Source: Anthoceros angustus (Eukaryota > Plantae > Anthocerotophyta). From it: 64,000 nt of DNA. This document shows, piece by piece, positions 34,574 to 46,842 of the stretch; the stretch's first letter is position 1; every line of letters starts with the position of its first letter. The DNA is taken from the NCBI GenBank assembly GCA_010909165.1, contig VJWM01000107.1, positions 310,001-374,000 on the forward strand. The letters run 5' to 3'. The notes under the pieces were generated by a model. It was not told the origin of the DNA. It saw nothing but the letters and a program-made list of their open reading frames with translations, and did no database searches. Position numbers and translations under genes: made by a program.

Positions 34574-37038
34574 ATGGCAGTTTCCCATGCATCCATCCTG
34601 GCACTCCCGGATTCTCGCAACGGGCGCGATCTCTTGCTTTCTTGCTCGCAGAATGAGGCGCATAATTCTTCGGTGTTGGGCTTTGAGCAGGGAAGGAATC
34701 AGAGGTTTGGAGTTGCTGTCGCGGTTAGGAGGACGCCGGAGAGCTTAGGAAGGTCTTTTCCTCGTCTGTGTGGGGGTCGAATTTTGTCGAGGAGGAATGA
34801 GGAATGCTCGCCGATGCCTTCGTCAGGATCGGGTCTGTTTCCTACAAGCTTGGTAGGATGTAGGGGGTTTTGTTCTTCACCAGAAGTACAGTGCATGGCG
34901 AGCCACGGGGATTGTGGTCGCCGTTTGCGTACAGGGGTTGGAGGACTTTCTAGGAGGTTGTGCTTGAAGCCAGCACCTTTCACTTTTAGAAGGATGTACA
35001 GGCGGCATAGTTCCCTTTCGCAATGTGGATGCAACGTTGCTCCTGCCGAGATGGCGGTAATAGTGGCTGCGGAATGGGGTCCCGTTGTGGATCAGTTGGT
35101 GTTGTGTTCGAGCATTGCTCTGGCTTTTATGGCGGGCATCGTCAGTCCAGGCGGGAGCTCTATGCGTGTGCCTTCGTTTCCCCAGCTCAAGCGCAGTATA
35201 GAGCTGCCACAAAGTAAGCAGGTGGACGTAGATGAGAAGACGAAGTCAGGGTCCTTGGATGGGTAAGCTGCCCTGCAATTTTCAAGTGTCTGCTGCTCGG
35301 CCTAAGTTTGCAGGTATCAGGGACGGGGAAATGCTGACATCGCATGAAGTGCATTGGCAGGTCAGTGAATAAGCAGATCCGAAACAGACGGAATGAGCCT
35401 GGGAAAGGTGGTTTTTGTGACGAAATCTGGAGAAAGTTTGACGCCAAGCTGGGGAAGGCTATTGACAAGCTGGGGAGTGGTGAACTTGATGAAGGTCCTG
35501 CACAGAGTCCCGTGCTAAGCTTACAGGCTATCGCCAGGGGACCTAGGTTGAGGTTGCTAAGAGCTGCTTCACGGCAACTTTGTAGTGAGGCAGGCATTGC
35601 CTTCAAACACCACGTTGAACTGTTTCATTTCTATTTTTGAGATTGCATCGGCCTAGTACTCTATTTCGTGCACAGGAATCCTGTATCGTGATGAAAGTCA
35701 TGGGGCATGCAATCTCATAAGGTGTTTTTATCGCTGGTTGCAGGTCAAGGATATTTCAGCATCGAGTGAGTCTTTGGAATCAGCAGGCTGGTCCAACTTG
35801 TGCTTGTACACCTTGTGCAGCTTAGTGATGCCTGCCTGCCGAACCTGTATCTCGCAAGAGTTGGCTTTTAGCATAGCTGACCACCAGAGTGTGCAACCAA
35901 GAGAGGCAGAGTTTGCGGCATGTAGAGCTGCTGTAGATGCAGGAATGGGCGTAGCAGATGCTCCATTTGTACTTGATTACCTTCGGAGAAAAGGGAAGGG
36001 AGACCTTTATGCGGACTTTTTATTTTTCCTGCGATTCCAGACTGTGAGGTAGATTATTTCATCCCTGCTGCCGTTGAGGTACATTGGCAGCTCAATTCTC
36101 GTGTCATTGCTGACAGTTGGTTTCCTGGTTGCATTGGAAGGTCTGGGAGCTTATGCACCTCGAAAGTTTTTGCACGATATGCTGAATACATCTTTGAGGA
36201 CTTAGTGATCTCACTGGCAGATGCAGCTGCGGAGATATATGTCAGTCGGTCCTCGTCTGATGTGATGGGAGTTGACATTGGCGACTGGCGGGCTTTACTT
36301 CGGCCTTCTCTCTCATCAACACGAGCACTTGAAAGATTTCGCAATGAGGTGCCAAGCTGAAGTGAGAGTAGCACCTGTGTGACAAAAATTGTGCCTGAAG
36401 TATTCCATCAGTGTGTATAGCAGTCTCAAGGAAATGCCCTGATTAGCTTGTGTTTCTGCAATGGGTGTCTTTGGGTAGTCCCCTAGTCTATTTTACAGGA
36501 AGATCCCTGAACAGTGTTACATCTTGACAACTTGCAGGTAGCATTGCGTGGTTGGCTTCAAAGAAATTTGGCTTGTGTGGAAGCCATGTATGAGGACCGC
36601 TTTGAGCTATGGACATTGCAAAGAGGATCAAGGAGTTTGGTGAGTAAACCAAGTAAGGAGCGGAAGAATGGTAAAGTCGGCGTGGAAGAGGATAACAGGG
36701 AACTCGTGCTCACACGCTCCAATTTGCCTGCAAGAAGAAGCAGAGAACTGAGGTCCCTATCTGGCTGGTAAGAAGATAAGACTGTGTTGTTGATGTTGAC
36801 GAACAGAACTGTGCTGTGAAGTGAACCTGACTAAACTGATTACCGAATCCACCGCTCCTGCAGGAGGTACAACTACACATTGTATCTGGAGTTTTCAGAC
36901 ATTGTGGGACCTTTGCTTCGTGCCCTTTTGACGAAGTTGGGAGACGCCATTTCCTTCCTCCTTGTAAGACTAATTGGGAGGGCACTCGGCCTCATCTATC
37001 GTGGAGTGCGGCAAAGTGTAAAGTGGTCTCCATCGTGA
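34574..37038 (+). CDS. Conserved plant plastid protein of unknown function (resembles Arabidopsis At5g48830)
   Basis: Spliced peptides after a transit-peptide-like region: VLSLQAIARGPRLRLL, FEDLVISLADAAAEIY, STRALERFRNEVAL..WLQRNL..VEAMYEDRFELW, RSRELRSLSGWRYNYTLYLEFSDI, LIGRALGLIYRGVRQSVKW. Stop at 37036-37038. Confidence 0.8.
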
Positions 37039-37549
37039 GGCGTTTTTATTGAACAGGAGTCATTGTTTACCAATCACGCTACTCAACCCTATTTTTTTGT
37101 GAAATGGACACTATAAATCACATACTGCTGCCAGGGCGCAAATGTATGCTTTCTGTCCCTCTAGAGCCTACCCTGACTGGAAAAAGAGAGGTTCTGCGGA
37201 CATGATGTAGACTAGGTTTGCGAACGTTGGACTGCAACCAACCCTTTCACTCCGGAGCACAATGTGCACATCTCTGATTGGCGACTTGTCCAATGTGGTA
37301 TCAGCAGGGGTGTACAACCAAAAGTATTTTATCTACTCACAGGTGCGAAAGAATAGCTTGTTGTCGGAACTGAATGCGATCCATTCATGGGACTGCATGT
37401 GATCGGAACTGAAATGGACCCATTCGTGGGACTAGGGCCACATCTCAAACACATGCACCTTGATCCTTCACCCGTACGGCTGTAGCAGGCATCTTCTTGT
37501 TGCAACGCGGATAGGTAGTATACAGCGGAACTTGTCTCGACGGCTGCTC

Positions 37550-40505
37550 TCAGCTAGAAGTTGTTGAAACCTGCTTGCCTAGTTCCAGCTGCCTGAATCT
37601 CCTACTCTCTTCATGGGCTATATCAAGGAGTTCTTGCAGTGTGTTTGACTTACGACTTCTTGATCGTCCGACAGCTCTTAACAGGTCCAAGAGCACAGCC
37701 CTCTCCTCTGCCAAGTCTGGATGCACAGTTCCCAGAGATTCTTCTTTCACCTGAAGAATGTACTCCAGCAATTTGATAGCCTCATCTGATCTGGAAGGAA
37801 GCACAAAACAGACAGACAGCTGGTCAGCCCACGATGAAGAGCATAGCGATATCTGCTGGTAAGGTATGGATAGTTCATGTTACATGAAAATGAGACAGAC
37901 CTGCCCAGGGCATCGTATGTGCCCGCCAGATTCGTGCATACTGCCAGAGTGTCAGAATGTTGAGGACCGCATGTTTCCTCCAGGATAGCCTTGGCCTCCT
38001 CGAAAATCTCAGCTGCATCATCGATCTCATACAGCTCCACACAAGCCAGACCCATCTGATTGAGCACAAGGCCAAGTAGGGGCTTCCTCCGTTCCCCACC
38101 CGTCCGTAGCTTAACAACAGCACTCTTGAAAGCATTCAGGGCCTCCACGTGTTTGCCTATATCGTAATACATCACCCCCATTTGCGCCAGAATACCTGCA
38201 GCAGCACTCTGCTGTCCAGGGGCAGTATCCAAAACGTGTAATGCTTTTTGAAGCAAATGCAAAGCCTGCTCCCGCTCATTGATAGCTTCATAGATTGCTC
38301 CCACCTCTGTTAGACCAGCTGCAATGTCATCTTGGCCAATACTGACTCCATTTTTGCCATATATCTTGAGAGCATTTTCACCATAACTCTTGGCTTCCCG
38401 CGATTTCCCTGTTTTCAAGTAAAGCTCTGCTAGGCTGACATAAACTGCAGCAATTGTGGGATCGCTTTCTCCTTTTATAGACTTGAGCACAGTCAGTGCC
38501 TTTTGATAGGAAGAAACTGCCTCGTCGTACCGTCCCAGCGCTAGGTATGTGTCACCTATTGTGTTGTCAACACTAGCAGCCTCTGCATCTTCACCACTAA
38601 CTAGCAGCGTGGCACTCGCCATCTCCAGATGCTCTAGGGCTTTCTCATAGTCGCCTTTCTCACTGCATATCAGCGCCATGAGCCTCCTATCAGCTGCCTG
38701 TTCCACAGAAGCTGGTGGATTGTCCGAGCCGTGTGTCCTCAGAACTTGTTCACACAGCTGTTCTGCTTCATCAAACTGCATAGCCTGCACAGCCAAGCTT
38801 TGCATGTCATCCTACACATTCAAGCATCATTCATACTAGCTTTGCAAAATGCATCACCCTCTGCCAGCCAGCCATCCAGCCAGACATGGAACAGCTGCAA
38901 TGCACCATGATTGAAAGTGAAAATGCAGGACTAGTGGAAGCACGACGTTACCTGCAAATGTGCTTCGGCCACATAGCGGCAAGTTTCCCCGAACCGAGGA
39001 TCTGAGTCGCCAAGTGCTTCCTTTTGCAGTCGCAAAGCTTCATGATATGCTTGCACTGCATCCTGATAGTTTCCAGTTAGCGCATAGGTGTCACCAAGCT
39101 GCATGTGCCCAGCAAACAGAGCCAAAGAGTGCTCCAACCCTTGCTCCAGATCAGGTACAGTGAGAGAGCGCTCCAAAACCGGAATGGCCTCCTCATACTC
39201 CCCCAGCCGGCAGTGCAGAGCTGCCAGAATGTGCAAGCTGAGAACCAAGTCCAGGCTTCCTTTCCCCTCGGCCTTGCTCTGGAAGTATTTGACAGCATAT
39301 CTGGCATACTCCCTGGCTTTCTGCGGACCTTCACCCGTGGCATGGTAAGATTTTGCAAGCCTGAGTAGGGTAGGACCGATGTTGGGCGAGTCCGGCGTTA
39401 GAGCATCATCCCCGTCCTTCATATACGCCTCTACTAGTGCGAGCTTCACCCTTGAGCTCTTTGTTGGCGACTCCGCTTCCGTCTTCGGTTCATCCTCACT
39501 TCCCGGACTGTTGCCAGCGCTCCCATTGCCTTTGGCGGAGAAGAGGCGAGTCTTGGGTGTCTTGGGAGTCCTGGGAGACAGGCCGCTCTTTTTGGTAGGA
39601 GACTGAATTCGCAGGCTGGTCTTCGGAGTGAGCTTCCCTGGACTGAGCTTGTTGGGAGTGGACGTGTGTGAAGTGGTCTTCTCCGGGGTGTTTTGCTGAG
39701 ACGATGCCTTGCTGCCTTTCGGCGAAGGCGTGGAAGCCTTGTCTCCTGGGCTCTGCTGAGCACCAACCTTGGCGAGACCGAGTCTGTGATTCACGACGCC
39801 CTTCTCTGAAGTTTTCTGATCAACCTGAGACGCGCTTTTGCTCGGATTCCTCTCCTGAGCATTCTTCTCCGGATCCCGGGGGCTAAGCTCCGACGCTGTT
39901 TTCCTTGAGGGCCTGCGAGAAGGAGTGGTGTCTACAGTAGCCGAGTCGGGAACAAGCCCATCGTTTGCAGCCTTGTCCAGTGTCCTCTTTCCCGATTCCG
40001 GGGTAAGCGGCCCTTTGTCTTGCGAGGACTTGGCCGAGGGGAGCTTGGGGGATTTCTTGTCTGGCGTCTTCTCCGCCAACCTCTTGGGTACGGACACATT
40101 GAGGCCCCTCGGCGAGCCCTTGCCGGGGGATTTCTTGGGAGTCCTGGGACCTGCCGGCTTGCCATTCTTGTCCGCAGCAACCGGCAATTGCACATTCACG
40201 TGTGCAGATTGCAATTCCTTGGCCTCCTCCACAACCGGAGGCCGCGCTTGCTGCTCCTTCGATCCATTCTCCAGCTCCCTCATAACAGCCACCTCCTCTA
40301 CCACCTCCTCTTCGTCCAGCAATGAGGCATCCTCCTCCGCAGACACAGGAGCATCCAACCCAACTTCAGCAGCACACCCATCGGACGGCAAAGACGCGGG
40401 ATCGGTGGATCGATCCAGCGAAGCGATGATGGGAGTGGATTCAGCAGAAGCAGATTTCTTGCCCTCCTGCTCCACCGGCGCTGGCGCGGGCTGCTCGATG
40501 GCCAT
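37550..40505 (-). CDS. KLCR: Kinesin light chain-related TPR protein (KLCR/CMU family), 3 exons, ~892 aa
   Basis: Exons 38952-40505, 37901-38784, 37550-37790 (2679 nt, in frame). Long S/P/K-rich disordered N-terminus, then tandem TPRs (DNPNIGP-like SPNIGPTLLRLAK, GHMQLGDTYA, GETCRYVAEAHLQAMQFDEA, EESLGTVHPD, RSRKSNTLQELL). Confidence 0.93.
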
Positions 40506-41022
40506 CGCAGGCCGCCTGGCGGCTATCGGTGCGGAAGCGAGCTGCAGGCAAGCAGGCAGATCCAAAAGCACGAGGAATTCAGCTCCAGTAAGGCGACAGC
40601 GAGAAAAGGACGGCAGACGATCCTCCACTCTCCCCATAAAAAATGTGAGCGGACACCACGAGACGGAGGCAGTGCGGCAGCAGCACAAGCCAGGCAGGCA
40701 GGCAGCATTCTCGACTCCACTCCACCAGGGGGAAGGTACGGGACGAATTGCTTACAAGTGTGGGAGATGTCAGAACATTGTAAACCCGACAAGCAAGCCC
40801 CCGGGGGTTGCGCAGATCAAGCTCGCATCCTCAAGGTGCATGGCCACATTCCGCGGAACAGCATTAAGGGTCGGGGATGCAGCGTCGGGTGCTGTGCAGA
40901 GTGCAGTGCCCAGTGCCCACTAGTCTTGACTCTTCCTTGCTCGCTAGAGGGAAAGGTGAGGGATGCAATCTGGGATTCCAGAAGCCTGGACAAATGCGCG
41001 CGAGTGCTCTGGTGGGGACCCA

Positions 41023-41064
41023 ACACTTACACTTACACTTACACTTACACTTACACTTACACTT
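41023..41064. repeat. (ACACTT)7 microsatellite upstream of KLCR
   Basis: Read directly from sequence. Confidence 0.95.
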
Positions 41065-41890
41065 GCACACTGTCTGGAGGACCAGGGGGCAGCAGGTAGC
41101 AGGTTACAGGCATGGCTGGCAGGCTTGGCTGGCTGTGAAGCAGCAGCGGGTAGATAGGCTATCACGCCGTGTACCCACCTCCTATGCGGGCGGGAGACTG
41201 CGTTGCCTTGCATTTAATATGATGGGGGAGGACGTAGGCTTACGGAGGGCATCGTACCACGCAAGCCGCATTGCTCATTCATTACCGCAACGCCATCGCC
41301 GTTTGTGCTTGCAAAACGGTCGCTTTGGCTTTGGCACGTCTAACAACACGCATTTGAGGATGAATGAGAGTTGATGTTTACGCAAAGATGGCGCCGACAG
41401 GATGCAAAACGGGTGCGGGACACGTGGAGCGCACGGGAATCTGATGCCTTGCCCATTGTCCACTGCCCATTGCGTGCGCGCGGATGCATGCGGCAGCCGG
41501 CATATCCCCCTTTGCATGGCCAAATATTTCCAACTTTAGGCCACATGTGGCATGCATTGCATTTGCAGGCTGCGGCCCAGTCCGAATTCCGATGCTTGCC
41601 CGAGCTGCAGCCCCGAGAACTGAATTACGGAGTCGTGTGAGTCGTTCGCAGTCTCGACTTGCATTTTACCGAGGTGGGCACTGGCAGGCTGGGCAATGCG
41701 AGCATGCCAAAGGACCTTGGAAGGGAGGCAAAGCAAAAAAGGGAGAAACGTTTGTATATCCAAAAGATGCATGTACCGTGGAGATCACCTAGGATACTAC
41801 CTGGCAGTGGTCAGTCCCGTTGGGAGTCACGTTGGGGCAGCAGAGACCGTTCCTTGTCTGGGTTCTGGGTTGCCCATACGGTTTCGAGAA

Positions 41891-44800
41891 TCACCACGAA
41901 TGGGAGAACGGGAGGGACCTGTTGCGCTCTGACAAGACTTCCAACAGCTCGCAACAACGATGGGATGGCTCTTGTTCACGGGTAAGCGTTACTGTTGCAA
42001 CAGCCGGCCTACTGGGACTGTCCTCCTCTGCCCCCGACGCTGACCCACTCGCTACCCCTTGTGAAGAGTGCCGGGCTTGGACCAGGTGACGCCCCGAACT
42101 GGAGCTTCTGTCTGGAGCCGAGTATAGGACTGAATTCCACCGCCAACTTGGCTCTGGATTGTGAGCCACCAGCTTGGTTTGAGCTTTGCCCTCCCTGCCA
42201 CCGGCGTGCTGCTGGCGGCTGCTGCGTACATGCAAAGGGTGTTGTGACAAAACATGTGCTGCTCTCCCCTCAAGACGTAAGAGTCATGTGAGCCCCCTCA
42301 TTGTCTGCACCCTAATTGCCGTGCCTTCCGAGAGGGTACTGGGTACATACATACCTGCTGTAGCCCACTCGGTTGCAGAACAAGTTGAACAACCCACAGA
42401 CAAATCTGCTTGGTTTGGCAGAGCTCACATTCGTAGTAGTAGTAGGCAAGGGCAAGCAAGGGCTTGTGGGGAACCGGGGCCGAATTCCCTCGTTTGTTTC
42501 CAAGCATGGCATGGAGAAAGGATGTGACAAAGATACGTTGCCTGCAGCATTGGGAAACAGAGAGATGCCACAAGATAATATCGTCCGTGTGGCTACCTTT
42601 TCATGTGCCTACAGTTACATGCTGTAAAAGTATGATAAACTACGGTGGGCAATCGTCCCTGCCGGTGCACAAAGTTGTGAAATCTGTGGAAGGGCGAGGC
42701 AGGCAGCCTGGCTGCCAGCCTTTTCCGGTCCGGCTGCTGCTATCCTTGCCCGTGGTTTCAACTTTTACACCACCTACTATCGTTGCTTTTGGATGAATGT
42801 TTTGCTGCACGTCAGCGGCTAAACGAGAGATCTGAAGGAAGTTGGGAACTGGTGCCACCAACTCGGGCATGATGGTGGCAGCAGTCACTGGATAAAACAG
42901 AAGTTGACTACAGAACAGCAGTCCCCACACGGGGCCCTTTCTGCCTTGCTTGCAGGGTGTGCCGAGGATCCCCGAGGATGGCGTCACACTAATCTGCAAT
43001 GAGCCGGACCGCAGATCCGGCTCCAAATCACACTCAGGAGCGCCTGCTGGAGCTTTGGCTGGAACCTTGTCCTCTTCAGGCCTGGGGTGGGGAGGTGGCG
43101 TCGTCAGTCTGTACAGCCATTGACTGTTTCACGGTGCGATGGTAAGTCCTGTTGGCCCCAACTTACTCCTTCCACGGATGGGCATCAGAGATATTGTCAT
43201 CATGTCTTCCCCTTGGAGTCCTTGGAGGCAGCCAGCCATGCATGAGGTGTGTGTCGGCAGAAAGGGGAAGTTGCCCCACAAGTCAACAAAGCCCCAGCTG
43301 GAACTGGCATCCAAACTTCCCACCTGTCATCCACAATTCTGATAGCTTGTTGATGAGGCGCGCCGGCAACGAGGCCTGGCCGAAAACGCATATGAGGCTC
43401 GCTTCTAAAACGCATATGCTGTACCCATTTTCGTGGGCACTCGGGAGGGACCTGTGTCGTTGTCAGTGTGCGTATCGGATGGACGAGCTATGCAGCACCA
43501 TACAAGTGGAGAACCCGCGTGTGGGTCCAGCTGCACCTGATTCACAAGGAAATCACACCGAGCCTGGAAGGAAATCGCACCAGGCCTGGAAGGAAATCAC
43601 ACCAGGCCTGGAAGGAAATCACACCAGGCCTGGAAGGAAATCACACCAAGCCTGGAAGGAAATCACACCAAGCCTGGAAGGAAATCACACAAAGACTGGA
43701 AGGAAATCACACCAAGCCTGGAAGGAAATCACACCAAGCCTGGAAGGAAATCACACCAAGCCTGGAAGGAAACCACACCAAGCCTGGAAGGAAATCACAC
43801 CAAGACTGGAAGGAAATCACACCAAGCCTGGAAGGAAATCACACCAAGACTGGAAGGAAATCACACCAAGCCTGGAAGGAAATCACACCAAGGCTGGAAG
43901 TGAAGATGAGCATTAAATTCGTTGAGGCTGATTGTGCATGTTGAACTTGCTGAATCTGAAACGAGGGTGAATGTTGAACTTTGTTAGATGTGAACCTCGT
44001 TTCACATCCGTTGTGCTCACTAGCATCAGACGTTATCCACAACATGTACTACAGAGGGACATCCTGATATTGGGCTAGCTAGTGCATGCTTATTACTGAT
44101 CCCTTGCCATGCAACCTTGTGACGCTGAAGTAACTCACGCGTCGGTACGAATCATGACATTCTCGCGAAGAACTTGGCTTTCCCCAATTTCGATACTCCC
44201 CACCACCTTCTCAGTTGTTTGGAACACAGACCTCATGGCAATATCTGGACACCACCAATCGCCACCACGGGCTTCTTTTCCTGTTGCACACTGCTCACAG
44301 TCGGCGGGCACAGTCCAAAACGGCAGCTACCGCCCCACATCACAAGACTGGGTTTGGCAATGCCCTGCCAGGAGAGCATGATGCACGAGATCGTCCATCC
44401 AGGTTTGGGCATGCAACCAGCGTTCTATTCCTCTTATCACAAGCTTCGTGGATGCTAGCATGCATTTCCATGGTAAGCCACTTAGACCTTCTTCACGTCG
44501 GGTGGCACTTGTCATGCGGAAATCCTGTCTGCCATGACATCATGCCTAGTTGCAGATCCGCCATTGTAAACACATACAACACTGGCAAATGCACGGGTGC
44601 CAGTGCATTCCCAAACCCACGTCCTCATCACCTTCCATCCGAGTTGCGACGGGCCCATGCAAGGCAACGCAACAGACTGCAAGAAAATCTCTGAATCAGC
44701 ATCAAGAGCCTCAAGTGCAAAGCCACCACGGACAACCATATCTCGTCTTACCTGTCACAACCGCCAGCAGCCCCCTACGAAGACGAAGTCCTTCTCTCAA

Positions 44801-44970
44801 GCCAGGTCCTTGTCAAGCCTTATCACCCACACCAACACATCACAGACTCAAGGAGGTGCCCAGATGCCAGACAAGGTCGTCCATGCGCTGATCTGCGCTG
44901 ACTGCCGCTCCTTCCTGCTTCAGCTTGGAAGCATCCACGGCAATACGGTCTACCGCAGGATCCCCGCCCA
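41891..44970 (-). CDS. Putative multi-exon orphan gene of unknown function
   Basis: Six to seven consecutive AG/GT-bounded exons chain in consistent phase without stops: 43452-43530, 43324-43375, 43167-43220, ~42774-43108, 42355-42541, 41891-42221. Upstream open exon-like pieces lie at ~44136-44280, ~44370-44525 and ~44850-44970 but could not be joined with certainty. No recognised domain. Confidence 0.4.
43547..43898. repeat. 22-bp minisatellite, ~16 copies (AAGGAAATCACACCAAGCCTGG)
   Basis: Read directly. Near-identical contiguous units with no spacers; this produces the 22-aa periodic ORFs in the track. Confidence 0.97.
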
Positions 44971-45100
44971 TCGCAATAGACCTGCGCCACCACACCACAA
45001 TCTCAGCAAACACAACTCCAACACCAAAAACCCAAAAAAACCCACAAAGCCAAGAACAAACAACAATGTGGGCGAAGTTCCATTCTAACACACAATCACC

Positions 45101-46081
45101 CTACCGCTGAAACTTCCCGATAAACTCCTGCCAAGCCTCCCACCCGGCCTCGATCAAGAGCGCCGTGAAGTCACAAGGCGGCAACAACCCCAAAAATGTA
45201 TCAGGGCAGACACCAGCCCGGCAAGCCTGCACCGAACGCCGCAAAACCAGCTTCGACCTCTCCCCACCATCACAAAACGGCGTCACCGGAAACGGAGTGA
45301 GCGCCCACAACACAAACGCCACCAGCAACCTCGCCATCCTCCCATTCGCGGCCGGGAACGGGCACACGGTCACGAAATGCACATACATCAGCCCCGCCAC
45401 CTTATACAAATCCACCAACACATCCCCGGCCCCGGAATCGATCTCCTCCGCCACCACCCCCACCATCCCATTATACAAATCGCACAGCGCCTGCAACAAA
45501 CCCGGCACCAGCCCGTGCTCCGGGTGCGCCCCCTCCGGCTCCCCGGCCACAGGGCCGGTCCGCATCCGAGCCCCCTGGTCCCCGCCCAGCGTGCGGTGCA
45601 GCTCCAGCACCATGTCCGGCGTCACCGCCAGGGCCTCCCACTGCCGCTGCCCGGAACATCCCAGCCGCAGATCGTAGTGCGACTTCAGGGCACGCAAAGC
45701 CATGCCCAACCGGATCACCTCCCACTCCGCAGGCCCAGTCCCGTCGCCGCGCCCCAGCACCTCCCTGCTCCGCTCCACCGACTCCATGCCCGCGCCAGCC
45801 TCGTCCGCCGAGTTGCTGCTCACCACGAACCTGGCCACCGCGTCCGGCCAGTGGTTGTAATCCGCGAACGAAACCGCTGCCGGGCTGCGGGAGAACTTGG
45901 CCGTCCATACCGCCATGTCCTGCACCATCTGGGACGTGCTCGGCCCCCCATCCACCCTCCATTCCGGCATCTCCGTCGGCCTGAAATCCATGTGCGATCG
46001 ACACAACGCTGCCACCTCCATGCTCGCCTCGCCTGCCACTAACCTCCCTCCATAACGCCTTTCCGCGTTAAAGCAGCTCAT
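45101..46081 (-). CDS. Fic/Fido (Fic/Doc)-domain protein with non-canonical signature, single long exon; start codon uncertain
   Basis: 326-aa open frame, GC-rich. Fic-like architecture: TPDMVLELHRTL, RMRTGPV, HPEHGLVPGLLQALCDLYN, and HFVTVCPFPAANGRMARLLVAFVL aligning to HPFx(D/E)GNGRxxR. Confidence 0.8.
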   Translation of the reverse strand: MSCFNAERRYGGRLVAGEASMEVAALCRSHMDFRPTEMPEWRVDGGPSTSQMVQDMAVWTAKFSRSPAAVSFADYNHWPDAVARFVVSSNSADEAGAGMESVERSREVLGRGDGTGPAEWEVIRLGMALRALKSHYDLRLGCSGQRQWEALAVTPDMVLELHRTLGGDQGARMRTGPVAGEPEGAHPEHGLVPGLLQALCDLYNGMVGVVAEEIDSGAGDVLVDLYKVAGLMYVHFVTVCPFPAANGRMARLLVAFVLWALTPFPVTPFCDGGERSKLVLRRSVQACRAGVCPDTFLGLLPPCDFTALLIEAGWEAWQEFIGKFQR

Positions 46082-46842
46082 CGCGCTTAACAAGGGCCAT
46101 CCATCCACGCATACAGTCAAGTAAGTGGCAGGCGAAGAGACATCTCTCCTTCCTCTCCAGGTGCATCATCTGCGTATCCCGGTGTTCCCTCCTTGCTCAC
46201 GACCCAGCTTGAGCCGGAATGGGAGAATTGGGGCAGGATGGTGGAGGATCCGGCTCGCTCTACCGCTGAATCGTGGAGTTTCCGGGAGATGGATTCGAGC
46301 TCTCATGTTGCCGCGGTTAGGCTCGTATCCCTCCTTGAGGATACCCGGTGCTGTGATTACATGCGTACTGTAAGTGTGAGAATGAAGGGAACCAAATAAA
46401 ATAATAAACGACATAAGATATGGTTGTACAGCATATAATTGTATACGTACAAATCCGCGTACGTATACGGATTGGTATGCGCGTGCATTGGCGGCAGCGC
46501 CCCGGGGAGTGAACGAGTCAAAAGCGCGGGATGATGTAGAGGCCATGTTGGGACGGGGTGCTGCAACCTTCCTTTTGAAGCCTCTGGCGCGGATTGCCGG
46601 AAGTGTGGAAGGGGAGAGAACATTCGACTCTCTCACCAAAAGCAGGATCGGAATCGACCAGGGACCAGGCCTGGATGCAGGCGCGGGCGACGGAGGGAAC
46701 CCGGATGCTGCCTCTGGCGTACGCGGCTGCGGCCTGGAGCTGAGATCATCTTTGCCGCGCGGCGTTGGTGATGGAGGATGCGGCGATCTAGCTGAGCGGG
46801 GGTATCGGGAGCTGGAGCTGGAGCTGAAGGAGTCTGGCAGCC

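Noticed and set aside
39925-40923. 332-aa plus-strand ORF; likewise 45165-46042 plus-strand ORFs
   Set aside because: Antisense shadows of the KLCR and Fic coding strands in GC-rich DNA.
43547-43898. CRISPR-like array
   Set aside because: The units are contiguous 22-mers with no unique spacers, there are no cas genes, and the context is eukaryotic. It is a minisatellite.
43152-43944. Plus-strand ORFs of 254 aa and 158 aa with 22-aa repeats
   Set aside because: They are products of the stop-free minisatellite read in rotating frames, with no independent coding evidence.
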